Below the pieces are notes generated by a model. That model was not told the DNA's origin and searched no databases. It saw only the letters and a program-made list of their open reading frames with translations. A DNA stretch of 64,000 bases from Felis catus (lineage: Eukaryota), in assembly GCF_018350175.1 (NCBI RefSeq), contig NC_058368.1, positions 215,018,001-215,082,000 on the forward strand. The letters run 5' to 3'. The position numbers and the translations under genes were made by a program. Below are positions 11,805 to 23,984 of this stretch, one piece after another. How positions within the stretch are numbered: position 1 is the first letter of the stretch; each line of letters opens with the position of its first letter.

Positions 11805-11903
11805 TTTTTTTTTTAGTAACCTCTACACCCAACTTAGGGTTTGAACTCATGACCCCAAGATCAAGAGTCACATGGTCTTCCAACTGAGTCAGCCAGGTGC
11901 CCC
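11805..11903 (-). mobile_element. Short tRNA-Lys-derived SINE (SINEC_old-like, no CT tract)
   Basis: Minus strand GGGGCACCTGGCTGACTCAGTTGGAAGACCATGTGACTCTTGATCTTGGGGTCATGAGTTCAAACCC...A-tail; TSD TGTATTA(G/C)ATGATTA. Confidence 0.85.
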
Positions 11904-12087
11904 TGTATTACATGATTATTAAAGCTACAATTTACTCTCTTGCTCTTCCCATTTCCTTACTTCCCAACCCAAAACTGAGGTTATCATATTTTATTACAGT
12001 TAATACTTTTATATTTTTAACTAAATACATATATAACTAGGTATGATAGAATTGTTTATTGTTTATCTTGAATGGTCTACCATATTA

Positions 12088-12453
12088 ATTGTGGAAGATT
12101 ACATTATTGTTCCTAATGATCCACAGTGCTTCCTTTCAGTGAGTTGCACCCACTTCTGTCTCCATGTGACTTTAGTGTTTTTCTAGACTTTTCTATCTAC
12201 TTCACTGAGTCAGGCTTGGCTAAATGATTTGCTCTCTCTATGCTGAAACTTCATGTGACATTGCATGTTTCTTTTCTTGCTCAGTCCCAAATCAGTGTAA
12301 GGGCTGATCCTTCAGCCAAGGTCTTAGAATAGAAGTCATGTCCTTCAGAACAGCAGCTGACCTGCAACCATTGTATGATGTGCATGAAAAATAAACTTTG
12401 TTGCTGTGACACTGAGTTATTTCAGCATAATGTGGGGAAGGGTGACTAATGCA
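12088..12453 (+). mobile_element. Old MaLR solo LTR (MLT1I/J-like)
   Basis: TGTGGAAGATTAC...AAATAAACTTTGTTGCTGTGACACTGAG...GACTAATGCA terminus. Confidence 0.55.
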
Positions 12454-12506
12454 CCTATCTTTTTCACTCAAGCCAGTTTTGTTCATATATATAGCTTTAT
12501 ATAGTT

Positions 12507-13475
12507 CATGGCTGGCAAAGGAAGGCCCACATACAAATCTGGTTTCTGCAGCTTTTTCTGTTTTTTGTTTTTTTTTTTACATTTTAAAGTATTTGGGGAG
12601 GGGCGCCTGGGTGGCTCAGTCAGTTACACATCCAACTCTTGATTTCAGCTCAGGTCATGATCTCACGTTATATGAATTCAAGCCCCACATCGGGCTTTGC
12701 ACTGATAGCATACGGAGTCTTCTTGGAGTTCTCTCTCTCTCTCTCTCTCTCTCTGCTCCCCCACCCCCCGCTTGCTTGCGTGCTCTCTCTCTCACTCTCA
12801 AAATAAATAAATAAACTTTAAAAATAAAGTATTTGAGGGAAAAAGGAAAAGAAAATGATGTCTCTTTACATATGAAAATTAAGTGGAGTTTGAATTTAAA
12901 TGTTCATCATAGTTTTATTGGAATACAGCTGCACTCATTAATTTATGTATTGTCTATGGATGCTTTCACGCTGCAGTGAGAGTTCAATAGTTGTGGGAGT
13001 AAAGGCTAGGATGTGTCTTCATGCCCTTCAAACACAGCCTTTCTAATATGTACGTCTTTACTTTAACTAGACCTTCCTCACCATGCCTACTGGCTACGAA
13101 CATTTTAAAATTTTCCTTCAGTGTCCGGACACACTGGACAAACCCCTGGGGAATGGAGCCTGGGGAGAGCTGTCCCCGGCTTTCTTCTCTTTGCTTTGTC
13201 TCTTCTGAAAGAGTCCTCTCTGCCTCACGGTGGTTCTGCTGGCCACACCTTTGCTGTCTGCCCTCTGCTTCCTCCCCAGTCCAGCCCAAGTCTAGTACAC
13301 AATTGTATTCAAGTATCATCATTATTATTCTATTTTGTATTTGGTTAATTAAAGAATTGTGGAAATTTGTTCAATTTTATGTAAGTGCCTACTAGCATAG
13401 TTGATTTTGTCTCTTGGGCTGCAAAACCTAAAATATTTATTATCTATTTGTCAAGAAAAAAATTGCCCATTCCAG
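12507..13475 (+). mobile_element. hAT-Charlie MER58/Cheshire-derived element, interrupted by a SINE
   Basis: GGCTGGCAAAGGAAGGCCCAC...GTTTTATTGGAATACAGC...TATTGTCTATGGATGCTTTCACGC...GCAAAACCTAAAATATTTATTATCT. Confidence 0.6.
12600..12826 (+). mobile_element. CAN-SINE
   Basis: GGGGCGCCTGGGTGGCTCAG start; TSD TAAAGTATTTG. Confidence 0.94.
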
Positions 13476-13625
13476 ATCTAGTTCATTCAACTTTAACCCC
13501 TATATGTTTTTCCATTGTGTGAATATGCCTCCAGATATTTATCTTTTTTTCTGTTGGTGAAGTTTTTGTTTGTTTGTTTTTTGTTTTTTGTTTTGCTTTG
13601 CTTTTTAAAATAATGCAATAATGAT

Positions 13626-13825
13626 GGGGAGCCTGGGTGGCTCAGTCGGTTAAGCGACCACTTGGGCTCAGGTCATGATCTCATGGTTCGTGAGTTGGAG
13701 CCCCCCATGAGGCTCTCTGTTATCAATGTGGAACCTGCTTCCAATCCTCTGTCCCCTTCTCTCTCTGCTGCTGCCCTGTGTGCGCATGTGCTCTCTCTCT
13801 TTCAAAAATAAACATTAAAAATTTT
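13626..13825 (+). mobile_element. CAN-SINE
   Basis: GGGGAGCCTGGGTGGCTCAGTCGG; TSD AAAATA(A/G)TGCAATAAT. Confidence 0.93.
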
Positions 13826-14229
13826 AAAATAGTGCAATAATTAATATTTTTACTACATCTCTTGGTACACGGCATATCTTTTACTCTTTATATGTCAATT
13901 AAAAAAAGAAAAAGAATTATAGAAGTCACTATAGTAGGACTATTTTATATTACATTTTGCCAGGTGAAGTTGAAATTGTCCTTTTGACAAATATATACAA
14001 TATATTTATTTTTATAAAAAATATATGTGTACCTATGTACTCATTTGAAAAAAGCAACTCATTACTGAATTTGTTCTAGTAGCCTTTAATTATTATTAAT
14101 AAATTATGCAATTATAATGTGACCTTGCCACTTAATTCTTCTTACATATTATACCATAAAGCAATTTTGAAAATATTTTGTTTCCTCTTTTGTCTTAGAA
14201 ATGTATACAGTCATTAAAATTAAACTTTG

Positions 14230-14431
14230 GGGGCGCCTGGGTGGCTCAGTTGGTTAAGCGGCCGACTTTGGCTCAGGTCATGATCTCGCGGTCCGTGAGT
14301 TCGAGCCCTGCGTCGGGCTCTGTGCTGACAGCTCAGAGCCTGGAGCCTGTTTCGGATTCTGTGTCTCCCTCTTTCTGACCCTCCCCCATTCATGCTCTGT
14401 CTCTCCCTGTCTCAAAAATAAATAAACATTA
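14230..14431 (+). mobile_element. Felid CAN-SINE (first unit of tandem pair)
   Basis: Full SINEC body and AAAAATAAATAAACATTA tail. Confidence 0.96.
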
Positions 14432-14680
14432 GGGGCGCCTGGGTGGCGCAGTCGGTTAAGCGTCCGACTTCAGCCAGGTCACGATCTTGCGGTCCGTGAG
14501 TTCGAGCCCCGCGTCAAGCTCTGGGCTGATGGCTCGGAGCCTGGAGCCTGTTTCCGATTCTGTGTCTCCCTCTCTCTCTGCCCCTCCCCTGTTCATGCTC
14601 TGTCTCTCTCTGTCCCAAAAATAAATAAAAAACGTTGAAAAAAAATTAAAAAATAAATAAAAAAAAATTTATAAAAAAAA
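14432..14680 (+). mobile_element. Young felid CAN-SINE (second unit of tandem pair)
   Basis: GGTGGCGCAGTCGGTTAAGCGTCCGACTTCAGCCAGG variant with AAACGTTGAAAA tail; outer TSD AAAATTAAACTTTGG flanks the pair. Confidence 0.96.
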
Positions 14681-15362
14681 TTAAACTTTGGTAAAAAAAT
14701 AAATGTTTTAATTAATATATTTAAAACATGGTATTTGTTATACTTCTAAATAAGTTATTGGTGCAAGAAACTTTATTTTTTATACTATCTTGATTTATAC
14801 TTGCAAATTGAGGAAGAGAACATCTAGGCTGAGGATACTTTTTTTTCCCTCGATGGCTCTAATTATTTCAGAAATAGAAAAACGTAGTTAGAAATCACTC
14901 CCTAAAGGAAAAAAAAAGAATAAGGAAAAAAAAATATTCAAAGGAAATTAAGGATTAAAAAAATTGGAGCATATACACACGCATGTGCACACACACTCAT
15001 AGAGGCTCATAAACTTTATTAAAGCAATTTTGAAGTCCTGAGATTAATATTCTTAGTCATTGGGATCCAAAATATGGAAATAAATACCTGACAAAAATGT
15101 TGGAATAGAATTTTGTAATTTGTTTTTGAATCTGAATGGTAGATATGACAGCATTTCTAAAAATTGGGGCAAGCTAGCCAGCATTTTTCTAAAGAAAGAG
15201 TCAGAACTTTTCTATAAGTCAAGAGATATAACTTCACTATCTGTAATACTGATATTCAAAAGAGAAGATGGTTCTATTTTATTGATGTAAATTACATGAA
15301 ATGCAAGGAATCTCAAAACTTTACATTCTGCCACAGAATAATCTAATAGCCCCAAATCTAGG

Positions 15363-15711
15363 ACAGGCCTCAGCAAAATCTTTCAGCAAACAAAGGTCCA
15401 GATACTGAATATTTTAGGCTCTGCAGGCCAAGAGGCAAAGTTGATGATGTTATGTATATCTATCTCTGTCACAACTATTCAGCTCTTCCACTGAAGTGTG
15501 ATGACACAGAAAATACAGAAAAGAATGACTGTGGCTATGTTCTAATGAGATTTTATTTATGAGCATGAAAGTGTGATTATTCTTCTTTGGATTCTTTTCA
15601 ACCATTTACAAATGTAGAAATGTAAGAATGAGCATTCTTTGATCACGTGCTCTGTATTCACAACGGGGAAGGGCTGGATTTGGCATGGGGGCTGTATTTT
15701 GCCAACTCCTG
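15363..15711 (-). mobile_element. MER58-type MITE
   Basis: CAGGCCTCAGCAAA...AATATTTTAGGCTCTGCAGGCCA...GGGCTGGATTTGGC...TTTGCCAACTCCTG. Confidence 0.65.
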
Positions 15712-16099
15712 CTTAAAGACCTGAACCAATGAGTCATCCTGCAATGTGGATAAAAGTTAGAACCCTAAGATTAAGTATTGATTATTCCAAAAATTTGTGG
15801 ATGATACAGTCTAAGCCTGAGCCTGAGACTGCTGTTTCCTCACATGTGTACCCAAGACGCATGGCTCTACATGTAAGTTTCTCAAACATGGACATTTACT
15901 CCTAACTTCCAGACAGCTGTTTGCAAACCATCTCAGTCTAGCTGCCATATGAGAAAAGTATGCATTCACCTCCAGCAAGTCAAAATTTCAACTCAAGGAA
16001 ACAATCTGTTAGGATTTTCTGAAACAGCAGTCATATTTCAAATTTATTCAGTCTGTTATGTCTGTCTTCCTAATGGATACTATAAACAAGGCCATTCTC

Positions 16100-16296
16100 T
16101 TTTTTTAAGTTTATTTATTTACTTTGAAAGAGAGAGACAGACAGACAGATAGACAGACAGAGAGAGAGAATCCCAGCCAGGCTCCACACTGTCAGTGCAG
16201 AGGCCGACATGAGACTCGAACTCGCGAACCATGAGATCATGACCTGAGCCAAACCAAGAGTTGGGCACTTAACCAACTGAGCCACCGAGGTGTCCC
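16100..16296 (-). mobile_element. CAN-SINE
   Basis: TSD AAGGCCA(T/C)TCTCTTT; (GACA)n in the CT tract. Confidence 0.92.
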
Positions 16297-16328
16297 AAGG
16301 CCACTCTCTTTTATTTTACTTTTGGTAT

Positions 16329-16759
16329 GTGGTAGATTGAATGGTGGCTCCCAAAGACATATGTCCACATCCTGTCACATTCCTGAAACCTGTACATGTA
16401 AAATTATTTGGAAAAAGAATATTTGTAAATAAAATAAGGATGTTGACATGAAGAGAGAACCCTGGAATATACAGGTGGTCCTTATATCCAATGACAAATA
16501 TCTTTACAAGTCTTTTGACAGAAGACCATGTGAAGATACAGGCAGAGATCAGAGAGATGCAGCCACAAGTCAAGGAATGGGAATAACCACCAGATGCTGG
16601 AAGAAAATGGCTTCTTCCCTGGAATCTTTGGAGGGAAAAGGGCCCTGTCAACAGCTTGATTTAGGATTTCTGGCTTCCAGAACCAAAGGAATAAAGTTCT
16701 GTTGTGTTAAGCCATCAAGTTTGTGGTAATTTGTTATGGCAGCCACAGTAATCTAATAC
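16329..16759 (+). mobile_element. MaLR solo LTR (MLT1B/C/D-like)
   Basis: TGTGGTAGATTGAATGGTGGCTCCCAAAGA...AATAAAGTTCTGTTGTGTTAAGCCATCAAGTTTGTGGTAATTTGTTATGGCAGCCACAGTAATCTAATACA. Confidence 0.88.
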
Positions 16760-17936
16760 AACTTCATTTATTTCATAAATAGTAATAAAGAATATTAGAT
16801 TCCATAACCCTAAAATACCATCTCTGATGAAATTAAAGGGAAGTTAATGTAACACTTGTAAACCAGTCAATGAAATATAAAGACATTTCAAAGGGGTACA
16901 GTTGAACCATGTTAAAAAACCAACCAACCAACCAACCAACCAACCCCACAGCTTTTGACATCAGCCACTCTTCTGAATTTAAGAGGAAACAAGAAAACTC
17001 CTAAAATACCAAACCAGGAAGGTTTATCAACTTCTTAAAGTTGACAGAATAAGTTGTATCTTCCATATTTAAATGTAAACTTTTTGAGAGAAGATTCTGT
17101 AATGTATTCTTTTTCTAATATCCACAAAACTTCCATATGCTAGAAGTTCATTTTATGCTTGGAATCAATGGATGAATCTTGGGAGCCACCTTGATATGAT
17201 ACTTTTATTACTACTGGCTTTTGCTTAAAGTATGTATGCATTACAGTGACTACATTGTCTGAGACCTTTCCAAACCTTTTTCTTTGGACCAGAAGTGACA
17301 CCCTGAGTTTTTAGAATATATGCAAAATTGATCTTGGAGCCTAAAATAGACTTAAAAATGGAGATATGCTGCTAATTATCCCAAAGGCCGTAAGAGCTTT
17401 CTATGAGAGTTTCTATTTAAAACACCAAAATACTTTCAAAATTCTCTCAAATATTTGCTCTATTTTAGAAACTGCTAATAAATTGGAGCCAAATTTTAGG
17501 GGCTTTCAATGAATCAAGAACTTAACCTCAGGTATAGTTTTAATTTTAATAACTCTCTTTTCTGTTATACACTAAAAGAAATAACAACTGCCTCTTTTCA
17601 TTACTACTGTTGCTGTTATTTATGAATTAATTGTGAAATATTAAAACAGTGGCCAGAGACTTTTTAATATTATTTTTCAGAGGAAAAGAATCCTTGCACT
17701 GACCGTTGATAAGCCTAATTTGGCCCATGCAACGATTATGAAAACACTAAGATATTTCTTTAATACCAATATAAATATTACTAATTGATTTTATAGTTAG
17801 ATGAAATAGATTAATATTATTTTGTATGCTCTTAATTTTACAATGGCCATATTTTCCAAGTTTTGTTTTTAGTTATAAAAAAGGTATTTGCCAATGTACC
17901 CCATTTTTCCAGGGAAAAGAAAGAAATTTATTTGAG

Positions 17937-18159
17937 GGGGCGCCTGGGTGGTGCAGTCGGTTAAGCCTCCGACTTCAGCCAGGTCAAGATCTCGCGGTCC
18001 GTGAGTTCGAGCCCCGCGTCAGGCTCTGGACTGATGGCTCGGAGCCTGGAGCCTGTTTCCGATTCTGTGTCTCCCTCTCTCTCTGCCCCTCCCCCGTTCA
18101 TGCTTTGTCTCTCTCTGTCCCAAAAATAAATAAAAAACGTTGAAAAAAAATTTAGAAAA
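17937..18159 (+). mobile_element. Young felid CAN-SINE
   Basis: Perfect TSD AAAGAAATTTATTTGAG; CpGs retained. Confidence 0.97.
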
Positions 18160-18354
18160 AAAGAAATTTATTTGAGGAAATATTTCTTCCTTGAAAATTA
18201 AGATATACTTAATTCATCCATAAGCCAATTTCTAAACAAGAAAAGAATTCTAAACAATGGGTCTAAAAATGTTACCATGAATGAACTTGCTTATATTCTT
18301 CTCTCTCTCCCACTCTCCCTGCCTCCCTCCAACCCCTTTCTCTCACTTAATATG

Positions 18355-18570
18355 TGTTATTTATTTATTTATTTTGAGATAGAGAGAGAGAGGACATGTG
18401 CCCATGCACAAGCAAAGGAGGGACAGAGAGAGGGAGAGAGAGAGACTCCCAAGCAGGCTCTGTGCTGTCAGTGCAGAGCCCGCCTGGGCTCAATCTCATG
18501 AACCAAGAGATCATGACCTGAGCTGAAATCAAGAGTCAGACCTTAACTGACTGAGCCACCCAGGTGCTCC
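18355..18570 (-). mobile_element. CAN-SINE
   Basis: Ends CCACCCAGGTGCTCC. Confidence 0.92.
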
Positions 18571-18598
18571 CCCTTTCTCTAATTTAGATAAAGAAAAA

Positions 18599-18805
18599 GG
18601 GTGCCTGGATGGCTCAGTTGGTTGAGTGTCTGACTTCAGCTCAGATCATGATCCTGTGTTTCGGTTCATGAGTTTGAGCCTGGCTTAGGGTTTTGTGCTG
18701 ACAGTGCAGAGCCTGCTTCAGATTCCCTGTCTCCCTCTCTCTCTGCCTTTCCCCTGCGTGCACCGGTGTGCTCTCTCTCTCTCAAAAATAAAGAAACATT
18801 AAAAG
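18599..18805 (+). mobile_element. CAN-SINE
   Basis: GGGTGCCTGGATGGCTCAGTTGG...; TSD TTTAGA(T/A)AAAGAAAA. Confidence 0.92.
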
Positions 18806-19225
18806 AATTTAGAAAAAGAAAAAAAAATCTTTTCTCTGGACAACAAACCGATAAATTGAATACTAAATGGAAAAAAAATGTGATAAAATGAAGTTGTTCC
18901 TTAATAAAACAACTTTTCATTTTAATGCACTGTGTCTATATAGAAGAGAATTTTCAAATTTTCTAAAATTTAGCAAGATACTTCACTCTGGAAAAGAGAA
19001 GCAATAACTTGCATGATAGGGATAGATAGCATTGCTAATAGGTCTAGTTGAACAAAACAATTGCCTTGAAATCTGAGATTTTAGACTGGCTTCCCTCTTT
19101 CCATTAGCTGAAATGCAATTCTCAAAATAAATAATAGTGACATATTACTGTGCAGATACAACCCTATGATCATTTAGTGTTTGTTGATTGCTGTTGAATA
19201 GTTGTGTTATTTGAGAGTGCATTTA

Positions 19226-21772
19226 GAGGCATACTGAGAGATATTGCAGGTTCTGTTCCAGATCGCTGCAATAAAGCATATATTGCAGTAAAGTAAGTCA
19301 AATACATGTTTGGGAGGTCCCAGTGCATGTAAAAGTTATGCTTACATTATGCTGTAGTGTGTTAAGTGTGTAATAGCATCATGCATAATAAAGTGTACAT
19401 CCCATTACTTAAAAACACTTGATTGCTAAAAAGTGCTGTCATCTGAGCTTTCAGTGAATTGCAATCTTTTTGCTGGTGGAGTGTCTTATCTCAATGTTGA
19501 TGGCTTCTGACTGATCAGGAGGGTGGTTGCTGAAGGGTGGGGTGGCTGTGGCAATTTTTCAAAATAACAATGAAGTTTGTAGCATCAATTAACTTGTCCT
19601 TTCACAGATGATTTCTCTGGAACATGCAGTGCTGCTTGGTGACATTTTACTCACAGTAGAACTTCTTTCAAAATTGGAGTCAGTCCTCTCTAACCCTGCC
19701 ACTGCTTTATCAACTACGTTTATGTAATATTCTCAATCATTGTCAATTGAACAATCTTCACAGTATCTTCATCAGGAGCAGATTTCATTGAAAAAAAACA
19801 CTTTATCACTCATCGATAGGAAGCAATTCCTCATCCATTTATGTTTTATCATGAGATTGCAACAATTCAGTCATATCTTCAGGGTCCGTTTCTAACTGCG
19901 GTTCTCTTGCTATTTCCACATCTGCAGTTACTTCCTCCACTAAGGTCTTAAACCTCTCAGAGTTATCCGTGAGGGCTGGAATCAACTTCTTCCAAACTGC
20001 TGTTAGTGCTGAGGCACCTGGGTGGCTCAGTTGGTTAAGCATCTGACTCTTGATTTTGGCTCAGGTCATGATCTTGTGGTTCTTTGCTGCCTCATTGGGC
20101 TGACAGCATGGAGCCTGCTTGGGCTTCTCTCCCTCTGTCTCCTCCCTTCCGCTGCTTGCATGCTCTCTCTCTCAAAATAAATAAAGTTTAAAAATATATT
20201 TATATTTCGACCTCTTCCCATGAATCACCAATATTCCTAATGATTTCTAGAATTCTTCCAGAAGGTTTTCAAATTACTTTTCCCAGATCCATCAGACAAA
20301 TCAATCTCTATGATAGCTATAGCCTTATAAAATGTATTTTTTAAATGATAATACTTAAAAGTTGAAATTACTTCTTGCTCCATGGGTGCAGAATGGATGT
20401 TGCATTCCAGGTGTGAAAATAACACTAATCTCCATCAGAACTCTTGGGTTGCCAAGTATATTGTCAATGAGCAATCATATTTTAAAGGGAATTTTTTTTA
20501 CCTGAGAAATAGGCATCAACAGTGGGCTTAAACTATTTAGTAAACCATGTTGTAAACACAGATGTGCCATCTATGTTTTGTTTCATTTATAAAGCACAGA
20601 GGAGATTTAACTTAATCTGTACGTTCCTTAGGATTCCTAGAATGGTAAATGAACATTGGCTTCCACCTAAAATAACCAGCTGCATTAACCCCCTAACAAG
20701 ACAGTCAGACTGTCTTTTGAAAATGTGAAACCAAGTATTGACCTTTCCTCTCTAGCTATAAAAGTCCTAGATGGCAACTTCTTTTAATAGGAGGCTTTTT
20801 TGTCTACTTTGAAACTCTGTTGTTTAGTTACCATCTTCATTAATGATGATCCGAGATAGATATTCTGGATGAATTGTTGCAGTTTCTGCATCAGCAATCT
20901 CTGCTTTATCTTGCACTTTTATGTTATTGAGATGGCTTCTTTCTTAAATCTCACGAACCAACCTCTGTTAGCTTCATCTTTTCTTCTGTAATTTTCTCAC
21001 CTCTCTCAACCTTCATAGAATTGAACACAGAGTCTTGTTCTGGATTAGGCTTTGGCTTAAGAGAATGTTGTGGTTCGTTTGATCTTCTATCCACACCACG
21101 AAAACTTTCTCCATATCAGCAATAAGGCTGTTTCACTTTCTTATCATTCATGTGCTCAGTGGAGTAGCACTTTTAATTTCCTTTGAGAAGGTTTCTTTTC
21201 ATTCACAACTTGGCTATCTCGTTGGAAGAAGCCTACCTTTTCGCCTGTCTCGGCTTTTGACAAGCCTTCCTCACTAGGCTTAATCATCTGTATCTGTTGA
21301 TTTGAAGTGAGAGATGTGTGATTCTTCCTTTCATTTGAGTACTTTGAGGTCATCGCAGGGTTTTTAATTGGCCTAATCTCAATATTGTTATGTCCCAGGG
21401 AATAGGGAGGCCTGAGGACAGGGAAAGAGATGGAATGGCCAGTCGTGGAGCCATCACAACACAATATTTTGTGATTAAGTTTTCTATCTTATATGGGTAC
21501 AGTTTGTGGTGCCCCAAAATACTTATAGTAGTGACATCGAAGATCACTGATCACAGGCCACCGTAACAAATATTATAAAAATGAGAAAGTTTGAAAAATT
21601 ATGACAGTTACCAAAATGTGACACATACACATGAAGTGAGCAAACGCTGTTGGGAAAATGGTGCCATTAGACTAGCTCAATGTGCGGTTGCCACAATCCT
21701 TCAGTTTGTAAAAAAAAAAACAATATCTATGAAATGCAATAAATCGAAGTGCAATAAAATGATATAGGCCCA
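19226..21772 (-). mobile_element. Tigger1 (TcMar-Tigger/pogo) DNA transposon, near full length, decayed transposase
   Basis: TA+GAGGCATAC terminus at 19224; decayed TIR at 21750-21772. Minus-strand peptides [56 protein letters not shown] and VWKKLIPALTD...VEEVTADVEIAREPQLETDPEDMTELLQSHDKT match Tigger1 transposase. Confidence 0.95.
20011..20195 (+). mobile_element. CAN-SINE inserted in Tigger1
   Basis: GAGGCACCTGGGTGGCTCAGTTGGTTAAGC...CTCAAAATAAATAAA. Confidence 0.9.
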
Positions 21773-22361
21773 GACTAGATGTATCTGATCCGAATGGAGA
21801 GGCAGTTTTACTTCTGTACTCAAATTATATAGTGTATAATTCCTTCTGCCGCATTACATAGTGCTGCTTGAGACATGTGAGCCTACGATGTCTAACCACA
21901 AGTTCATGTGAATATTTGAACCCAAGTTCTACAGTTGCCGCTGGGGTATGTAGAATGTATGTTATACTCAGATCCTTGGAGACAAACTGTGTAAATGGGA
22001 TGCTGAAAATACCTAGACTGTAGTGACTTGATCGTTTCTGTGGAAAGAATATGATCTCTGATGAAAAAGCAAAAGTCTCAGAAACACATAACCCCAAAAT
22101 GGCCAACGTTGAGGTGGAGTTTTTTGAGGAAATAATAATTTACTTGAATTTCCAAAATATATTTAAGTGGTAGGCAGCTTATTTGCCTAGGCAGTGGTCA
22201 AAAAATGTCAACCATTAATCAGCTTCATGATTTTGGGGTAATTCCTCTCTTTTCTAGATCTTCTCTTTTATGGATTGTTTGAGCTTTGAGGTAAATGTTT
22301 TATAGATTCCTTCTGAATCTAATAGTCAGTGACTTCATAGGAAGAATGTTGTATCCCTGGC

Positions 22362-22473
22362 TGCAGCTTCTGCATCAGCACTTTCTGCTTTATCTTACAC
22401 TTTTATGTTACTGAGATGGCTTCTTTCCTAAATCTCATGAACCAGCCTCTGTTAGCTTCAAACTTTTCTTCTG
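22362..22473 (-). repeat. Isolated internal Tigger1 fragment, direct copy of 20878-20988
   Basis: Manual alignment gives about 10 differences in ~112 bp. Confidence 0.9.
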
Positions 22474-22848
22474 GAGCCTTCAGAAGCTAACATCTATAAT
22501 CAATCCACATTGAACTTATGTTTGAAAAACTTATTTTTCTCAACTCTGTTCAAATTAATACCACATTAATTTAGAGGACGAAGGTGACAGACTGGAGAAT
22601 AGAGACAGAGTATCAATGATACTTATGTAATAGTGCCAACAATAACAAGTAAAGCTAAGACCCACAAACCCACATGGAAAAAAAGAGCAGTATAACATTC
22701 ATTTCTAAATCTTTTCTCACAAGCTGGCAGGATGCCATCGCTTTGGGTGGAAGGATAAATAATTACCTGCTAGGGAAGGTCAGGCACATCATTGCTAGCA
22801 GTTGTGTTTGAATTAGGCCACTTCCTTAGAATTCAAAGTACTAATAAT

Positions 22849-23055
22849 TTTTTTAATGTTTATTCATTTTTGAGAGACAGAGACAGAGCGTGAGCAAAGG
22901 AGGGGCAGAGAGAGAGGGAGACACAAGATCTGAAACAAGCTCCAATCTCTGAGCTGTCAACACAGAGCCCAACATAGGGCTCAAACCCACAAACTGAAAG
23001 ATTATGACCTGAGCCAAAGTCAGACGCCTAACTGACTGAGCCACCCAGGTGCTCC
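22849..23055 (-). mobile_element. CAN-SINE
   Basis: TSD approximately AAA(G/A)TAC(T/G)AATAATTTTT. Confidence 0.93.
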
Positions 23056-23302
23056 AAAATACGAATAATTTTTAAACCTTTTCCATATGCCAGGCAAATG
23101 AGAGTAACTAACGATCGGAAGAAAAAATAATTTCTTTCCATCTACAGAGTTGTCAACTCCAGGTTGAGTTATACAAATGTCCATCTTGGAGGTCATATAA
23201 TATCAAACACAAGCAGTTCCACATGTCTCATAGCTATGTATTTATTACATGCACACATGAATGCACACATACATACAGAATTTAACCATTGAGACATTAG
23301 TC

Positions 23303-23529
23303 TTTGTTTAATGTTAATTTATTTATTTTGAGAGAAAGAGGGCATGTGCATGTGTGTGCGCACGAGCCGTGAAGGGGCAGAGAGAGAGGGAGAGAGACAA
23401 TCCCAAGAAGGCTCTGTGCTGTCAGCGTAGTGCCTGTCGTGGGGCTCCATTTCAGGAACCGAACCCTGAGATCATGACCTGAGCCAGAATCAAGTCGGCC
23501 GCTTAATCTACTGAGTCACCCAGGTGCCC
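23303..23529 (-). mobile_element. CAN-SINE
   Basis: TSD GAGACATTAGT. Confidence 0.92.
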
Positions 23530-23984
23530 TAGAGACATTAGTAGTTTCTAATTATTCCTTGGACAGCAAAATATAATCTCAGGGTCAGAATTCTGTACTG
23601 AAAACTGTAATTCTTTCTGGAAAAAAAGAAAAAAAACCCTTTAATTCTTTTTACAAAGGAGAAAAATAAGTCATTTTCAGAGTCAACATATATAGTTCCT
23701 GCACTTTTTATTATTAATCCCTTTAATTGTGCAATCACTTTTAGTGCATCTCATCTCATAATCTGCAGAGGTTTAGGGAAGGTGAAGCATGTGCACTCAC
23801 CAGGTGTATCATCCCTTGACATATTTTCAACCATGACCAGATAAGAAGGATCCTGGTGAAACAGACGAAAAGATATTAGACTTATTCTAAATATTTGTGG
23901 TAACCAATGTTTTACAAAATTACTCTTTTGAATTCCTTCAGTTTATGTAAATTTCTATAATGGCTTACCTTGATAAAGAAACTA

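Noticed and set aside
11805..11903. tRNA-Lys-like sequence as a real tRNA gene
   Set aside because: It has an A-tail, TSDs and broken stems, so it is a retroposed SINE copy.
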